Assembly (NCBI GenBank): GCA_963796455.1
Contig: CAWCLO010000001.1
Coordinates: forward strand, 1 to 64,000
Source: Candidatus Sulfomarinibacteraceae bacterium
GTDB lineage: Bacteria; Acidobacteriota; Thermoanaerobaculia; Thermoanaerobaculales; Sulfomarinibacteraceae
Direction of reading: 5' to 3'
DNA: 64,000 nt
Shown piece after piece: positions 48,147 through 57,857 of this stretch. A program made the position numbers and the translations under genes. Numbering within the stretch: position 1 is the first letter of the stretch; every line of letters begins with the position of its first letter. The notes under the pieces are model-generated. The model had not been told where the DNA came from. It made no database searches and was given only the letters and a program-made list of their open reading frames with translations.

Positions 48147-49162
48147 GGCTTCTCCGCCACTTCGCGGATTCGCTCGATCCAGCGCCAGATTTCCGGTTGC
48201 TCTCGGTATTCCTCGATCATTGGTCTGACCGCATTTTCAAAGGGTGCCTTGTCCGGCCGGATGATCTCGATACCCGCCTCCTGGACCATGTCCAAGGCGT
48301 CTTGAGATGCCTCGGCCCAGATCAGCTTCTGATACTCAGCCGCCTGGAGCGCCGCGCGTTGGACAATATCCCGTTCATTCGGATCGAGGTCGTCCCAGAC
48401 TCTGGTGCTCATCAGCAGTACATCGGGGACCCAGGTGTGTTCGTCGAGGCTGTAGTAGCGACACACTTCGTAGTGGTGCGAAAGATAAAAACTCGGCGGG
48501 TTGTTTTCGGCTCCATCCACCACCCCCTGTTGCAGGGCGGTGTAGAGCTCACCCCAGGAGATCGGCGTCGCCGACCCGCCCAGAGCTCGGACCATCCGCA
48601 TTGCGGTGGCGCTCTCCTGAGTTCTGATCTTGAGGCCCGCCAGATCATCCGGTGAATGAATCGGAGTGTCGCGGGTGTAGAAGGACCTGCTCCCGGCATC
48701 GAAATAACAAAGGCCCCGCAACCGTGAATCCAGGCCATCGAGGAGCAGTTCTCCGCCGATGTCTCCCTCGAGAACCGCAAAGAGGTGTGCGCGATCGCGA
48801 AAGAGATACGGCAGGCTGAACACCTTGAAGGACGGGATGAAGGCCTCTGCCACGCTTGCCGAAACCTTTGTCATGCCGACAGAACCTATTTGCAGCAGTT
48901 CAACGCACTCACGTTCCGAACCGAGTTGTTCGGATGGATAGATGTCTATCCGAACGCTTCCTCGGGAGTCCTCGGCCACGATCTCCGCCATCCGCAGCAT
49001 GGCCTCGTGCACCGGGTGCATCACATCGAGACCGTGTGCAAGCTTGATGACCGTGGGCGCTCGACCACCACTGCAGCTCAGTGAGCTGAAAACCAGAACC
49101 AAGACGCAGGCGATCTTCGTCCAAATATTGCAGGCACAGGGGCGTATCGCCTGCGTCCCCAC
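48143..49162 (-). CDS. dctP: TRAP transporter substrate-binding protein (sugar acid)
   Basis: YPSEQLGSERE, DAGSRSFY, GLKIR, ELYTALQQGVVDGAENN. Confidence 0.93.
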   Translation of the reverse strand: MGTQAIRPCACNIWTKIACVLVLVFSSLSCSGGRAPTVIKLAHGLDVMHPVHEAMLRMAEIVAEDSRGSVRIDIYPSEQLGSERECVELLQIGSVGMTKVSASVAEAFIPSFKVFSLPYLFRDRAHLFAVLEGDIGGELLLDGLDSRLRGLCYFDAGSRSFYTRDTPIHSPDDLAGLKIRTQESATAMRMVRALGGSATPISWGELYTALQQGVVDGAENNPPSFYLSHHYEVCRYYSLDEHTWVPDVLLMSTRVWDDLDPNERDIVQRAALQAAEYQKLIWAEASQDALDMVQEAGIEIIRPDKAPFENAVRPMIEEYREQPEIWRWIERIREVAEKP

Positions 49163-49936
49163 CTAGCGCTCTCCCTCTTTCGGGTAGTGCGTCCCCTTCA
49201 CCTCGATCTCCTGCGTCTCCTGGGCCCATTGGAGGTGCAAACCCATCTCCTTCCGTGCGCGTTCGACGTCGCGTGCCCGAATCGCCTGGTAGATGCCGCG
49301 ATGTTGCTCGGCCGCCTCGGGCGCATCCCGCCAGCGATCCACCGTCTTTTTCCGCTGGTCATAAAAGAGGTCAGCGACCATTTCCATGATCGCGGCCAAA
49401 AGCGGATTTCGCGCCGCCGACGCGACCGCCCTGTGAAACCGGATATCGTGAATCAGGAAACGTTGCACATCATCGATCGACGCAAACATCTCCATCACTT
49501 CTTCTGAAATGACCGCCAGTTCATCACCGCTGGCGCGTTCTGCGGCCAGACCCGCGAGATCGATCTCGATCACCCTTCGAGCCTCGAAGAGCTCATCCTG
49601 AGGAATACCGTGCAGGGCTGAGAAGAGCGACAAGGGATTCACATCCAGAACGGGAGGGCCATCGGCGACGAAGGTCCCTGCACCACGTCTGGTTTCGACC
49701 ACACCCACCGTGGCCAGAGATTTCAAGCCGACCCGGATGCTCGGCCGGCTGACCCCTATCAACCGCGCCAGTTCCCTTTCCGGCGGCAGTTTGTCGCCGG
49801 CCCTGAAATCGCCGCTCTCGATCATCCGCCGGACGTAGGCCACAACAAGCTTTGCGGCCGGTGCAGCCTCGAAGGCTGTCGAAGGCCTGCCGGTCTGGTG
49901 GGTATCTCCAACCTGTCTATTCTTTGGTCTTACCAC
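49163..49936 (-). CDS. GntR/FadR-family regulator
   Basis: GDKLPPERELARLIGVSRPSIR; FCD domain; start uncertain. Confidence 0.9.
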   Translation of the reverse strand: MVRPKNRQVGDTHQTGRPSTAFEAAPAAKLVVAYVRRMIESGDFRAGDKLPPERELARLIGVSRPSIRVGLKSLATVGVVETRRGAGTFVADGPPVLDVNPLSLFSALHGIPQDELFEARRVIEIDLAGLAAERASGDELAVISEEVMEMFASIDDVQRFLIHDIRFHRAVASAARNPLLAAIMEMVADLFYDQRKKTVDRWRDAPEAAEQHRGIYQAIRARDVERARKEMGLHLQWAQETQEIEVKGTHYPKEGER

Positions 49937-50111
49937 ATTCGAAAGTCTATCATCCCGATTGAGGCAAAACAACGGCTGGAAAAATTCATCGATGATGAGT
50001 TCGGAAGATAATGATGGAAGTCATCCTCACCATCGTTGACCGATCATAATTGAACCATTGAAGGGCGTAGCAAAGTCAAATTCAGAAAACGAGGTTCATT
50101 CGACAATGAAC

Positions 50112-50130
50112 AAATTGGTCTTGCCAATTT
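50112..50130. promoter_or_regulatory. FadR-type operator AAATTGGTCTTGCCAATTT
   Basis: Near-perfect palindrome upstream of the regulator; related TGGTCTTACCA at 49925-49935. Confidence 0.7.
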
Positions 50131-50173
50131 ATCGAAGCCGAAGAGTTGACGACACCCCGCTTCTCTCACATTC

Positions 50174-51118
50174 TCAGACCACAACCCGATCTTCAATCAC
50201 CTCATTTTCGCGGACGCAGGCCCCACGAAGAATGACCGATCGGCGCACGGCTGCACCGTCACCGATGGCGCAACCCGACTCGAGATAGACCTCGGGCCCG
50301 ATCTCGCAGCCGTCACCGATCACGACTCCCGGGTCGACCCACACCGGATCGATCAAGGTTGATCCATTGCCCACCTGGTCCGGGCCGAGGTGCTTCAGAT
50401 CCGATCCTTCGGTCAGCAACCGCCGGGTCAATTGCAGAAGATCCTCCGGAGTCGAAACCTGGATTCTCCCGGTTGCCCGCACACCTGTCACCCGCCCACC
50501 GCCATCGATCAAGGCCTGGATCGCGTCCTGCAGTTCATACTCCCCCCGCGGGGAAGGTTCGACCTGAGCGACAAAATCGAGAATCTCGTTCGAGAAGATG
50601 TAGTGCGGCAAACTCACCGTCTGGGACGGGGCCTCCTCGAGGGTCGGTTTTTCCACGATCCGGCGGATAAGGTCACCGTCCAGCTCCACGACCCCACTCT
50701 TCGAAACCATCTCGGGCTCGACGTCGAGGAGGCTGAGTACGGCATCCGAAGCTGCCGTGGATTTGAGCAGATCATGCACATGGGATGAACTGATCAGACT
50801 GTCGCAAGCCGAAAGCACAAACCGACCGCCAATCAGCGGAGCCGCCAGTCCGAGGGCATGAGCCATGCCAAGTCGCTCGTTCTGGTTCACAAACTCAGGC
50901 TTGATTCTGAGCGGCCCGTGCTTCGTGAAATACCGTCTGATCGCCTGATCTTCCGGCGATACGACAAAGACAAAATCGTCGATCCCGTTTTCTACGAACG
51001 GCATCAAAGCACGCTCGACCAGTGGGCGTCCGAGCAACGGCACCATCGCCTTGCTCCTGGAATCGGTGACCGGCTTGAGGCGGGTGCCCAAACCGGCCGC
51101 GAGGATAACCGCCTGCAT
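50174..51118 (-). CDS. Sugar-1-phosphate nucleotidyltransferase with C-terminal hexapeptide repeats
   Basis: AVILAAGLGTRLKP..KAMVP, VEKP, PSPRGEYELQDA; TGATG coupling to the upstream kinase. Confidence 0.88.
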   Translation of the reverse strand: MQAVILAAGLGTRLKPVTDSRSKAMVPLLGRPLVERALMPFVENGIDDFVFVVSPEDQAIRRYFTKHGPLRIKPEFVNQNERLGMAHALGLAAPLIGGRFVLSACDSLISSSHVHDLLKSTAASDAVLSLLDVEPEMVSKSGVVELDGDLIRRIVEKPTLEEAPSQTVSLPHYIFSNEILDFVAQVEPSPRGEYELQDAIQALIDGGGRVTGVRATGRIQVSTPEDLLQLTRRLLTEGSDLKHLGPDQVGNGSTLIDPVWVDPGVVIGDGCEIGPEVYLESGCAIGDGAAVRRSVILRGACVRENEVIEDRVVV

Positions 51119-52353
51119 CACTGTTCCAATCGACGGATCAAGGCCGGCCCGCCTGTTCGGCAAACGTGGAACGAAGCGCCGGCAGCCGCTTCGGGATGGG
51201 CGGCATGATATGCCTTGGAAACTTCCTCGATGATCGGCCGATCCGCCCCGGGCTCGATCAGGGCGATACAACTCCCGCCGAAGCCTCCGCCCGAAAACCG
51301 TGCTCCATAGACCCCATCCGCATTCCGCAAAAGATCAGAAAGGGTCGCGAGCTCGCTGGTACCGCTTTCGTAGTTTTGGATCGAACTGGCGCCCGAAGCA
51401 TTCATCAATTTCCCGAACCGTGAAAGATCGCCCCGGCGCCAGGCATCCACGCCACGGTTCACACGATCCTGTTCACTGAAATAGTGGGTTGCCCGGAGAC
51501 GTGCGACCCGGGGCAGTTCCGCACGGTATCGTTTGAACACCTCCGGCGAGACGTCCGAAAGAACCCCATTTCCGCTGGAAGCCTGATCATCCATCGCCAG
51601 CAGCAGCCTGGCAGCCTCTCGACACTCCTCCACACGGTCGTTGAAGCCGGAACCGGCAAGCCTCCGATCGACTCCTGAATCAGCGACCAGAACCCGAAAG
51701 TCATCTTTTGCCCCTTCCGGGCGAGCAACCTGCCCAATGGTCAGATCCGAGCAGTCGACGCAGGTCAGACGCTCGGGTTCGGCAAAGAGAATGATGCTCT
51801 GGTCGAGACGACCGCAGTCGACGCCTACGAAATCGTTCTCGGCCTGTTGCGCCAGAGCAGATACTTCTTCACGAGAAATTTCGATTTCGTTGGCGCGGGA
51901 CAACCCGAGCAGGTAGGAGATCAAGACCGCCGCTGAAGAACTGAGCCCCGCGCCCGGCAGATCGCCGCCGATCACCGCGCGGAGACCGCGTCGAAGCTCA
52001 AAATTCTGGCCGAGCACAAAAACCGCCGCCCGGAGATAGTCACCCCAGTCGCCATGCTTCTCGGAGACAGCTCGATTGAGATCAACCTCGACCGCACCCG
52101 AAAATTGGAGGCTCGTCACGCGGACGAGGGTGTCTGCAGTTGGAGCGGCGGCGAGCACGACCCCCCGGTCAATGGTCATTCCCGTGACCCGACCACCCTG
52201 GTGATCCACGTGCGCACCCAGGGGACATATCCTGAGCGGTGCCTCGGCGAGAAAGCCGTCAGACATCATTGTCGGGTGGGTGCTCGAAAAAGAGTCGACC
52301 ACCTTCCTGCGCCGTTCACTGAATTCTCCAGAGGTGTGATCTTGTGAGCCCAT
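51118..52353 (-). CDS. GHMP kinase, galacturonokinase-like
   Basis: PLRICPLGAHVDHQGG, GAGLSSSAA, CGRLDQ, SSIQNYE, GARFSGGGFGG. Confidence 0.8.
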   Translation of the reverse strand: MGSQDHTSGEFSERRRKVVDSFSSTHPTMMSDGFLAEAPLRICPLGAHVDHQGGRVTGMTIDRGVVLAAAPTADTLVRVTSLQFSGAVEVDLNRAVSEKHGDWGDYLRAAVFVLGQNFELRRGLRAVIGGDLPGAGLSSSAAVLISYLLGLSRANEIEISREEVSALAQQAENDFVGVDCGRLDQSIILFAEPERLTCVDCSDLTIGQVARPEGAKDDFRVLVADSGVDRRLAGSGFNDRVEECREAARLLLAMDDQASSGNGVLSDVSPEVFKRYRAELPRVARLRATHYFSEQDRVNRGVDAWRRGDLSRFGKLMNASGASSIQNYESGTSELATLSDLLRNADGVYGARFSGGGFGGSCIALIEPGADRPIIEEVSKAYHAAHPEAAAGASFHVCRTGGPALIRRLEQ

Positions 52354-52621
52354 GAGACGACCCAGGATAGCCGTGCGCCCCGGGCCGATCAATTCGGCTC
52401 GCAAAAACCTCTTTTCGCGAGGCCCGAATCTGGAATAATTGCGGCGCTCGAAGGATCTTAGGCCGGAGTCGGCCCCTTTGCCGGAAAAGCCCGGCGCATC
52501 GGCATCATGGGGACATCCTTCACGCAACGCAAGGTCATCCCCATTCTCGGTGCCCTCACCATTTTTTTGGACATGAGCGTCAAGCTGCCACAGGGCTCGG
52601 CCCTGGCCGCAGCTGGAGAGG

Positions 52622-53320
52622 TTACTCCAGGTAGTCCAGAAGCGACTTGGCGGTGGCGGCGTCAGGACCGTCGGGAGAGAGCTCGAGAAACTTCATCAAG
52701 GCATTCTTGGCGCACTCGATTTCGCCCATGGAATTGCAGGTCAGTCCGAGCTGAAAATAGGCCGGTGCGAGATCCGGCTCCTGCTCGAGAATGACCTCCA
52801 ACAACGATCGCGATCCGGCCAGCAGTTGCTCGTCGAACAGCACCGTGGCGTGTTGCAACATCTCCCGTGAAACCACCTCTGGATTCACGGCCGCCAGCCG
52901 GCGCGCTGATGGAATGAGACGATCGACGTCGCCGAGCAACAGTTCGGCAAAATAGGCGGTACCGATCGCGTCGGCGTTGTCCGGCTGCAGCCGAACCAGG
53001 TTCTCGGCGGCATCGGCAGCGGTCTGGAAGTCTTCCAGTTCCATCGCCACGGCGGCCATTGCCTTTGAAGCTTCTGCAAAATCGGGATCGATCTCACTGG
53101 CCCTGCGAAAGTGTTCGAGCGCCGTCGGCATGTCGTCCAACTCGAGTGCTGCAACACCCTCGTTAAAGACAGGAATCGCCTCTTCCCGCGCCTCGTTGTA
53201 TTCGCTCTCGCCTTCAGTCGAGGGCTCCTCCTGAGCGGGAGGATCGTCGGCCAGAACCGGCGCAGCAAGCGTTCCGAGGAACATCAGGCCAATGACGGTG
53301 ATCGTGATGCGGACATTCAT
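52622..53320 (-). CDS. Exported TPR-repeat protein
   Basis: Signal peptide; TPR-like helices (AYFQLG..KFLELSPD); start uncertain. Confidence 0.75.
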   Translation of the reverse strand: MNVRITITVIGLMFLGTLAAPVLADDPPAQEEPSTEGESEYNEAREEAIPVFNEGVAALELDDMPTALEHFRRASEIDPDFAEASKAMAAVAMELEDFQTAADAAENLVRLQPDNADAIGTAYFAELLLGDVDRLIPSARRLAAVNPEVVSREMLQHATVLFDEQLLAGSRSLLEVILEQEPDLAPAYFQLGLTCNSMGEIECAKNALMKFLELSPDGPDAATAKSLLDYLE

Positions 53321-53448
53321 GGTATGCAGAGGCATTGAATCTGACTCCTGTTCGCCGTGCATCCTACACCCGTTCATTGCAGAACGAAATCCTGCAACGT
53401 TCGAAAGTCGGTGTTGGTATTCTTTCGAATCCGTGAAAGGAGCTCAAA

Positions 53449-54165
53449 ATGAGCCTTGAAGGTCAAGTTGCGATCATTACCGGGGCGTCGAGTGGCATCG
53501 GTCGGGGTGTCGCCCGCGAGCTCGACAGTGCCGGGATGAAGCTGGTGCTCAACGCGCGTCGTCTCGACCGATTGCAGGACCTCGCGGCAGAACTCAATGA
53601 CGCACACCCTGTTGCCGGAGATCTGACCGACGTTTCGGTTCCCGCAAAGTTGATCGAAGAAGCGTTGGCTCGATTCGGTCGGGTCGATGTGGTCTTCAAC
53701 AACGCCGGAATCATGGACACTTCGGTCATCGAGACCGCCGACATCGAGCAGCTCTGCGCCAATATCCGGGTCAATCTCGAAGCTGCGGTTCGTATGGCCT
53801 ACACCTCGCTGAGACACTTCAAGTCCCAGGGGAGTGGATATCTCGTGACCACATCGTCAATCCTGGGAACCAAGGTCCGACCGACCGCGGGTGTCTACGC
53901 AGGCAGCAAGTACGGCATCGAGGCTCTGACCGAGGCTCTGCGGATGGAGGTCGCCGGCACCGGAGTCAGAGTGAGTTGTATCGAACCCGGTCTGGTCAAC
54001 ACCGAACTCCAGGACCACTTCGAGATCCACCCACGGGACATGCTCGAAATGAAAAAACCGCTCGAACCCGAGGATATTGCGAGGTGCGTGCGATTCCTGC
54101 TCGAACAGCCGCCACACGTGTCCATTCCACGGATGATGGTCCTTCCCAGCGAACAGGCGATGTAA
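53449..54165 (+). CDS. SDR oxidoreductase
   Basis: TGASSGIG, NNAG, YAGSK. Confidence 0.9.
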   Translation: MSLEGQVAIITGASSGIGRGVARELDSAGMKLVLNARRLDRLQDLAAELNDAHPVAGDLTDVSVPAKLIEEALARFGRVDVVFNNAGIMDTSVIETADIEQLCANIRVNLEAAVRMAYTSLRHFKSQGSGYLVTTSSILGTKVRPTAGVYAGSKYGIEALTEALRMEVAGTGVRVSCIEPGLVNTELQDHFEIHPRDMLEMKKPLEPEDIARCVRFLLEQPPHVSIPRMMVLPSEQAM

Positions 54166-54172
54166 CGGCGGT

Positions 54173-54787
54173 CTATCGTTTCGGAATCTCCAGCATCTCC
54201 AGCCGAGCGGCGAGCTGCGCCCCGTGAGCCCCCGCATCGACGTCGGTGATGATGTCGAGGATGGCGCCTTCCGAGTCGATCACAAAGGTCCAGCGCTCGG
54301 GGTACGCGCGGCCCTCATGAACCACACCATAGGCGGTGGCGACGCTTTTGTCCGGATCGCTCAAGACCGCGTAGTCGAGGTCGAGCGCCTTCGCGAAGTT
54401 CTTGTTTGTTGCAGCCGAATCGCAGCTCGCAGCAAAAAGCACGATGTCGAATTTGTCGAGGCCGGATTCGTCCGAGGCCGGGAGCTCCATCTCCCGCCCA
54501 CCCTCGAGCTCGACCATCACAGCATTGGCACGCCCGCTGCCACGCAGCGAGTCACATTCGCGGGTTCAACCGCCTGTGAATGCCTTGGGAAACCAGGCCA
54601 GGACGACAACCTCGCCACGATAATCGACAAGCCGGTGGGTCGTGCCGTCGCTTCCTGCGAGTTCGAACGCTGGAGCCGGGTCGCCGACTTTCAGTTCACC
54701 CGACTCTACAAACCCGGCAGGCAACAACAAACTGGCGACCACGACCCCAAACACAATTTTCAAAAAACCGATGCCTGCAGATCTCAT
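54173..54787 (-). CDS. Selenocysteine-containing peroxiredoxin (BCP/AhpC-TSA family), exported
   Basis: FPKAFTGG-[TGA 54566-54568]-TREC continues in frame into FAASCD..LSDPD..RWTFVID; SECIS-like hairpin at 54533-54551. Confidence 0.88.
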
Positions 54788-54930
54788 CGTTCCCCACACT
54801 CCCCTCGCACGAATGCAATGTCGAATCTTGATTGTGAGTATCTCAGCACCCCGCCCCATCCGCAATTCAAAAACCATTCGAATCAGGCAGTAGGGAACTC
54901 TTCACGAGAATGGTGGATAATGACGATCCA

Positions 54931-55536
54931 ATGACTATTCGAAGATCTGCATTCACCGTCGTCGTCTGCGTCGTCACCCTCATCCTTTGCATATGGCCGG
55001 GCTCTGCCGCCATCGCCGATGAAAATGTTGCTCAGCACAGCGAATACTCGGTGCTGTACGAGGGCCCGGAGATTCTGGCATCGGTCGGATTTCGGCAGGC
55101 AGCACACGATATGGGTGACGAATGGATGATTCTGGTCGTCCAGCTGACCGCACCACCGCAATCGGACAACGTCGATGTTTTTCGAGAAAAAATGACGCTC
55201 CGCACTCCCGACGGGCGTCGCATACCGGTGCTGACTCAAGCCGAATACCGGCAGATCTACGGCAAGATTCGCGTTCGAATCCGGCAGGCTATGAGCAATA
55301 CCCCTCCCCTGCGTCTCCGCGGCAGCTCCCAACGACCCTGTCGACAGTGGTTTCTCGAGGATCCTGCCGACGGCTTCGGCCGCGACCAGATCCCGATCAG
55401 CAGCTTTCAGGTCTGCGCCGGGCCGTTGGTTTTCCGGGTGCCCGGTAACATCCAACCGGGCCGCTGGCGGCTCGTGATCGAGCTCGAGGAGAGCATCGCC
55501 GACATCCCCTTCGAGATCGAACTCGAGGATCGCTGA
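54931..55536 (+). CDS. Hypothetical exported protein (tandem paralog 1)
   Basis: Signal peptide; full-length similarity to the next ORF. Confidence 0.8.
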   Translation: MTIRRSAFTVVVCVVTLILCIWPGSAAIADENVAQHSEYSVLYEGPEILASVGFRQAAHDMGDEWMILVVQLTAPPQSDNVDVFREKMTLRTPDGRRIPVLTQAEYRQIYGKIRVRIRQAMSNTPPLRLRGSSQRPCRQWFLEDPADGFGRDQIPISSFQVCAGPLVFRVPGNIQPGRWRLVIELEESIADIPFEIELEDR

Positions 55537-55538
55537 TC

Positions 55539-56144
55539 TTGTCCGGTGGGATCAGAATCAAACCTGACGTGATCAGATCGTTGCTGGCCACCGTCGTCGT
55601 CGCCGGCATGTTGACCGTTCCGCCGGCGGCTCTCGCCGATGAACCGGTCAGCTCACACGGTCGATATGGAGTCGCCTACGACGGACCCGAACTCATTGCG
55701 GCCGTCGGCTATCATCAGGCCAATCGCGATATCGGCGACGAATGGCTGATTCTCTCGGTACAGCTGATGTCACCGTCATCCACATCCGTCAAACGAGGCG
55801 ATATTTCGCTGCGGGCCCCGGATGGCAAGCGGCTGCGTTTGCTCACCCAGGCCGAATACCGCGAGATACTCGGAACCATCCGTTCGAGAGTTCGGCGCGC
55901 GATGACCAACTCCAAACCCCTGCGTTACCTGGATGATTTCATTCGGCCGTGCGATCGCTGGTTTCTGACCGACCCCTGGCAAGGGTTCGCACACGACGAG
56001 ATCTTCCTCAACACATTCAATCTCTGTTTCGGACCGATGGTCTTCAGGGTGCCAGGCAACATCCAACCCGGGCGCTGGCGGCTGGTGATCGAGCTCGAGG
56101 AAAGCACCGCCGACATACCGTTCGTCCTCGAAGTCGACGACTGA
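55539..56144 (+). CDS. Hypothetical exported protein (tandem paralog 2)
   Basis: Shares Y.GPE, GDEW.IL, LR.PDG.R..LTQAEYR and VFRVPGNIQPGRWRLVIELEES with paralog 1. Confidence 0.8.
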   Translation: MSGGIRIKPDVIRSLLATVVVAGMLTVPPAALADEPVSSHGRYGVAYDGPELIAAVGYHQANRDIGDEWLILSVQLMSPSSTSVKRGDISLRAPDGKRLRLLTQAEYREILGTIRSRVRRAMTNSKPLRYLDDFIRPCDRWFLTDPWQGFAHDEIFLNTFNLCFGPMVFRVPGNIQPGRWRLVIELEESTADIPFVLEVDD

Positions 56145-56206
56145 GCCGATATGCGTCGCCCCGCCAGCTCGGGGTGCGTGCTACGCTCTCGCGAAAGGGG
56201 CGGGCT

Positions 56207-57766
56207 ATGGACAGAAAGCAGTCGATCGAGGCCATCACGACGTACCAAGGCTATTGGGACGTCATCATCATCGGCGGCGGCGCGACCGGGCTCGGCACCG
56301 CGGTGGACGCGGCCTCGCGCGGCTACAAGACGCTCCTGGTCGAGCAGCACGATTTTTCCAAGGGCACCTCGAGCCGCAGCACCAAGCTGGTCCACGGCGG
56401 AGTCCGATATCTACGCCAGGGCAATATTTCGCTGGTCCTCGAGGCGCTGCACGAACGCGGCCTGCTGGCCCAGAACGCGCCCCACCTGGTTCACAACCAG
56501 AGCTTTATCGTACCCATCTACGATTGGTGGGAAGGCCCCTTCTACGGCATCGGGCTCAAGGTCTACGACAAGCTCGCCGGCAAGCTCGGCATCCAGCCTT
56601 CCGAACGGCTGACCCGTGAAGAAACACTCGAACGCATTCCGACCCTCGAACCCGATGGTCTGCGGGGCGGGGTCATCTACTACGACGGCCAGTTCGACGA
56701 CTCGAGACTCGCGGTCGATCTTGCTCAGACTGCGGTGGCCCAGGGCGGCACCGTCATCAACTACATGCGGGTCGAGAGCCTGCTCAAAACCGGCGACATG
56801 ATCTCGGGCGTCGCAGCCCGAGATCTCGAGACCGACACGGTGCACGAGATCAACGGCCGTGCCGTGGTCAACGCCACCGGAGTCTTTACCGACCAGGTTC
56901 TGCAAATGGACGACCCGGATACCAAAGCGATTATCACCCCGAGCCAGGGGACCCATATCATTCTCAGTACCGAGTTCTTGTCCGGTGATACCGCCATCAT
57001 GGTGCCCCAGACCTCCGACGGCCGGGTGCTCTTTGCCGTTCCCTGGCACGACCGGGTGGTGGTGGGGACCACCGACACGCCGGTCGAACACCCGTCGTTG
57101 GAACCGCGTGCGCAGGATGAGGAGGTCGAATTCATCCTCGCCAACGCCGCGCGCTACATGGCCAAGGACCCGGCCCGATCCGACGTGCTGAGCGTCTTTT
57201 CCGGCCTGAGGCCCCTGGTTTCGGTCGGCGACGAGGACGAAACCTCGAAGCTCTCGCGTGACCACACGGTTCTGGTTTCGGCTTCCGGTCTGGTCACCAT
57301 TACCGGCGGAAAGTGGACAACCTATCGCAAGATGGCCTCCGATGTGGTCGACCAGGCGGTATTGGTTGCCGGTCTTGTTCCGACGCCGTGCGTGACCGAA
57401 GAGCTGCGGATCCACGGTTGGCTGAAACAGATCGATCCCGACGACCCGCTCTATGTCTATGGTTCGGATATTCCCCTGGTGCGGCAGATCGGTGAAAAAA
57501 AGAAGGCCCTGAAAGAGTATCTGCACGACAATCTGCCGCTTTCCGGAGTCAGGGTCGTGTGGGCGGTGCAGGAAGAAATGGCACGGACGGTGGAAGACGT
57601 GCTCGCCCGCCGGACCCGCTCGCTGCTGCTCGATGCGCGAGCTTCCATCGAGGTGGCTCCCCAGGTGGCCAAGATCATGGCCAAGCTTCTGCGCAAGAAC
57701 CGCAAGTGGCAGAAACAGCAGGTCCAGGAATACACCGAGCTGGCCCGGGGCTACATCCTCGAGTAG
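56207..57766 (+). CDS. glpD: FAD-dependent glycerol-3-phosphate dehydrogenase
   Basis: IGGGATG, GTSSRSTKLVHGGVRYL, GTTDT, GGKWTTYR. Confidence 0.95.
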   Translation: MDRKQSIEAITTYQGYWDVIIIGGGATGLGTAVDAASRGYKTLLVEQHDFSKGTSSRSTKLVHGGVRYLRQGNISLVLEALHERGLLAQNAPHLVHNQSFIVPIYDWWEGPFYGIGLKVYDKLAGKLGIQPSERLTREETLERIPTLEPDGLRGGVIYYDGQFDDSRLAVDLAQTAVAQGGTVINYMRVESLLKTGDMISGVAARDLETDTVHEINGRAVVNATGVFTDQVLQMDDPDTKAIITPSQGTHIILSTEFLSGDTAIMVPQTSDGRVLFAVPWHDRVVVGTTDTPVEHPSLEPRAQDEEVEFILANAARYMAKDPARSDVLSVFSGLRPLVSVGDEDETSKLSRDHTVLVSASGLVTITGGKWTTYRKMASDVVDQAVLVAGLVPTPCVTEELRIHGWLKQIDPDDPLYVYGSDIPLVRQIGEKKKALKEYLHDNLPLSGVRVVWAVQEEMARTVEDVLARRTRSLLLDARASIEVAPQVAKIMAKLLRKNRKWQKQQVQEYTELARGYILE

Positions 57767-57857
57767 GTGCAGACGCAGCTGGACAACCATAGAGGCACAG
57801 AGAAACGGTGGCCTGCCCACCCGATGCTAGCTAGATACTGGATGCTGGATGCTGGAT

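Noticed and set aside
54566..54568. Peroxiredoxin as a nonsense pseudogene
   Set aside because: The stop is TGA exactly at the catalytic Cys position with a downstream hairpin; selenocysteine is the better explanation
55420..56135. DGR template/variable repeat pair, prompted by the Avd-like genes
   Set aside because: Differences between the two paralog ends are mostly synonymous and not adenine-specific; no reverse transcriptase in the window
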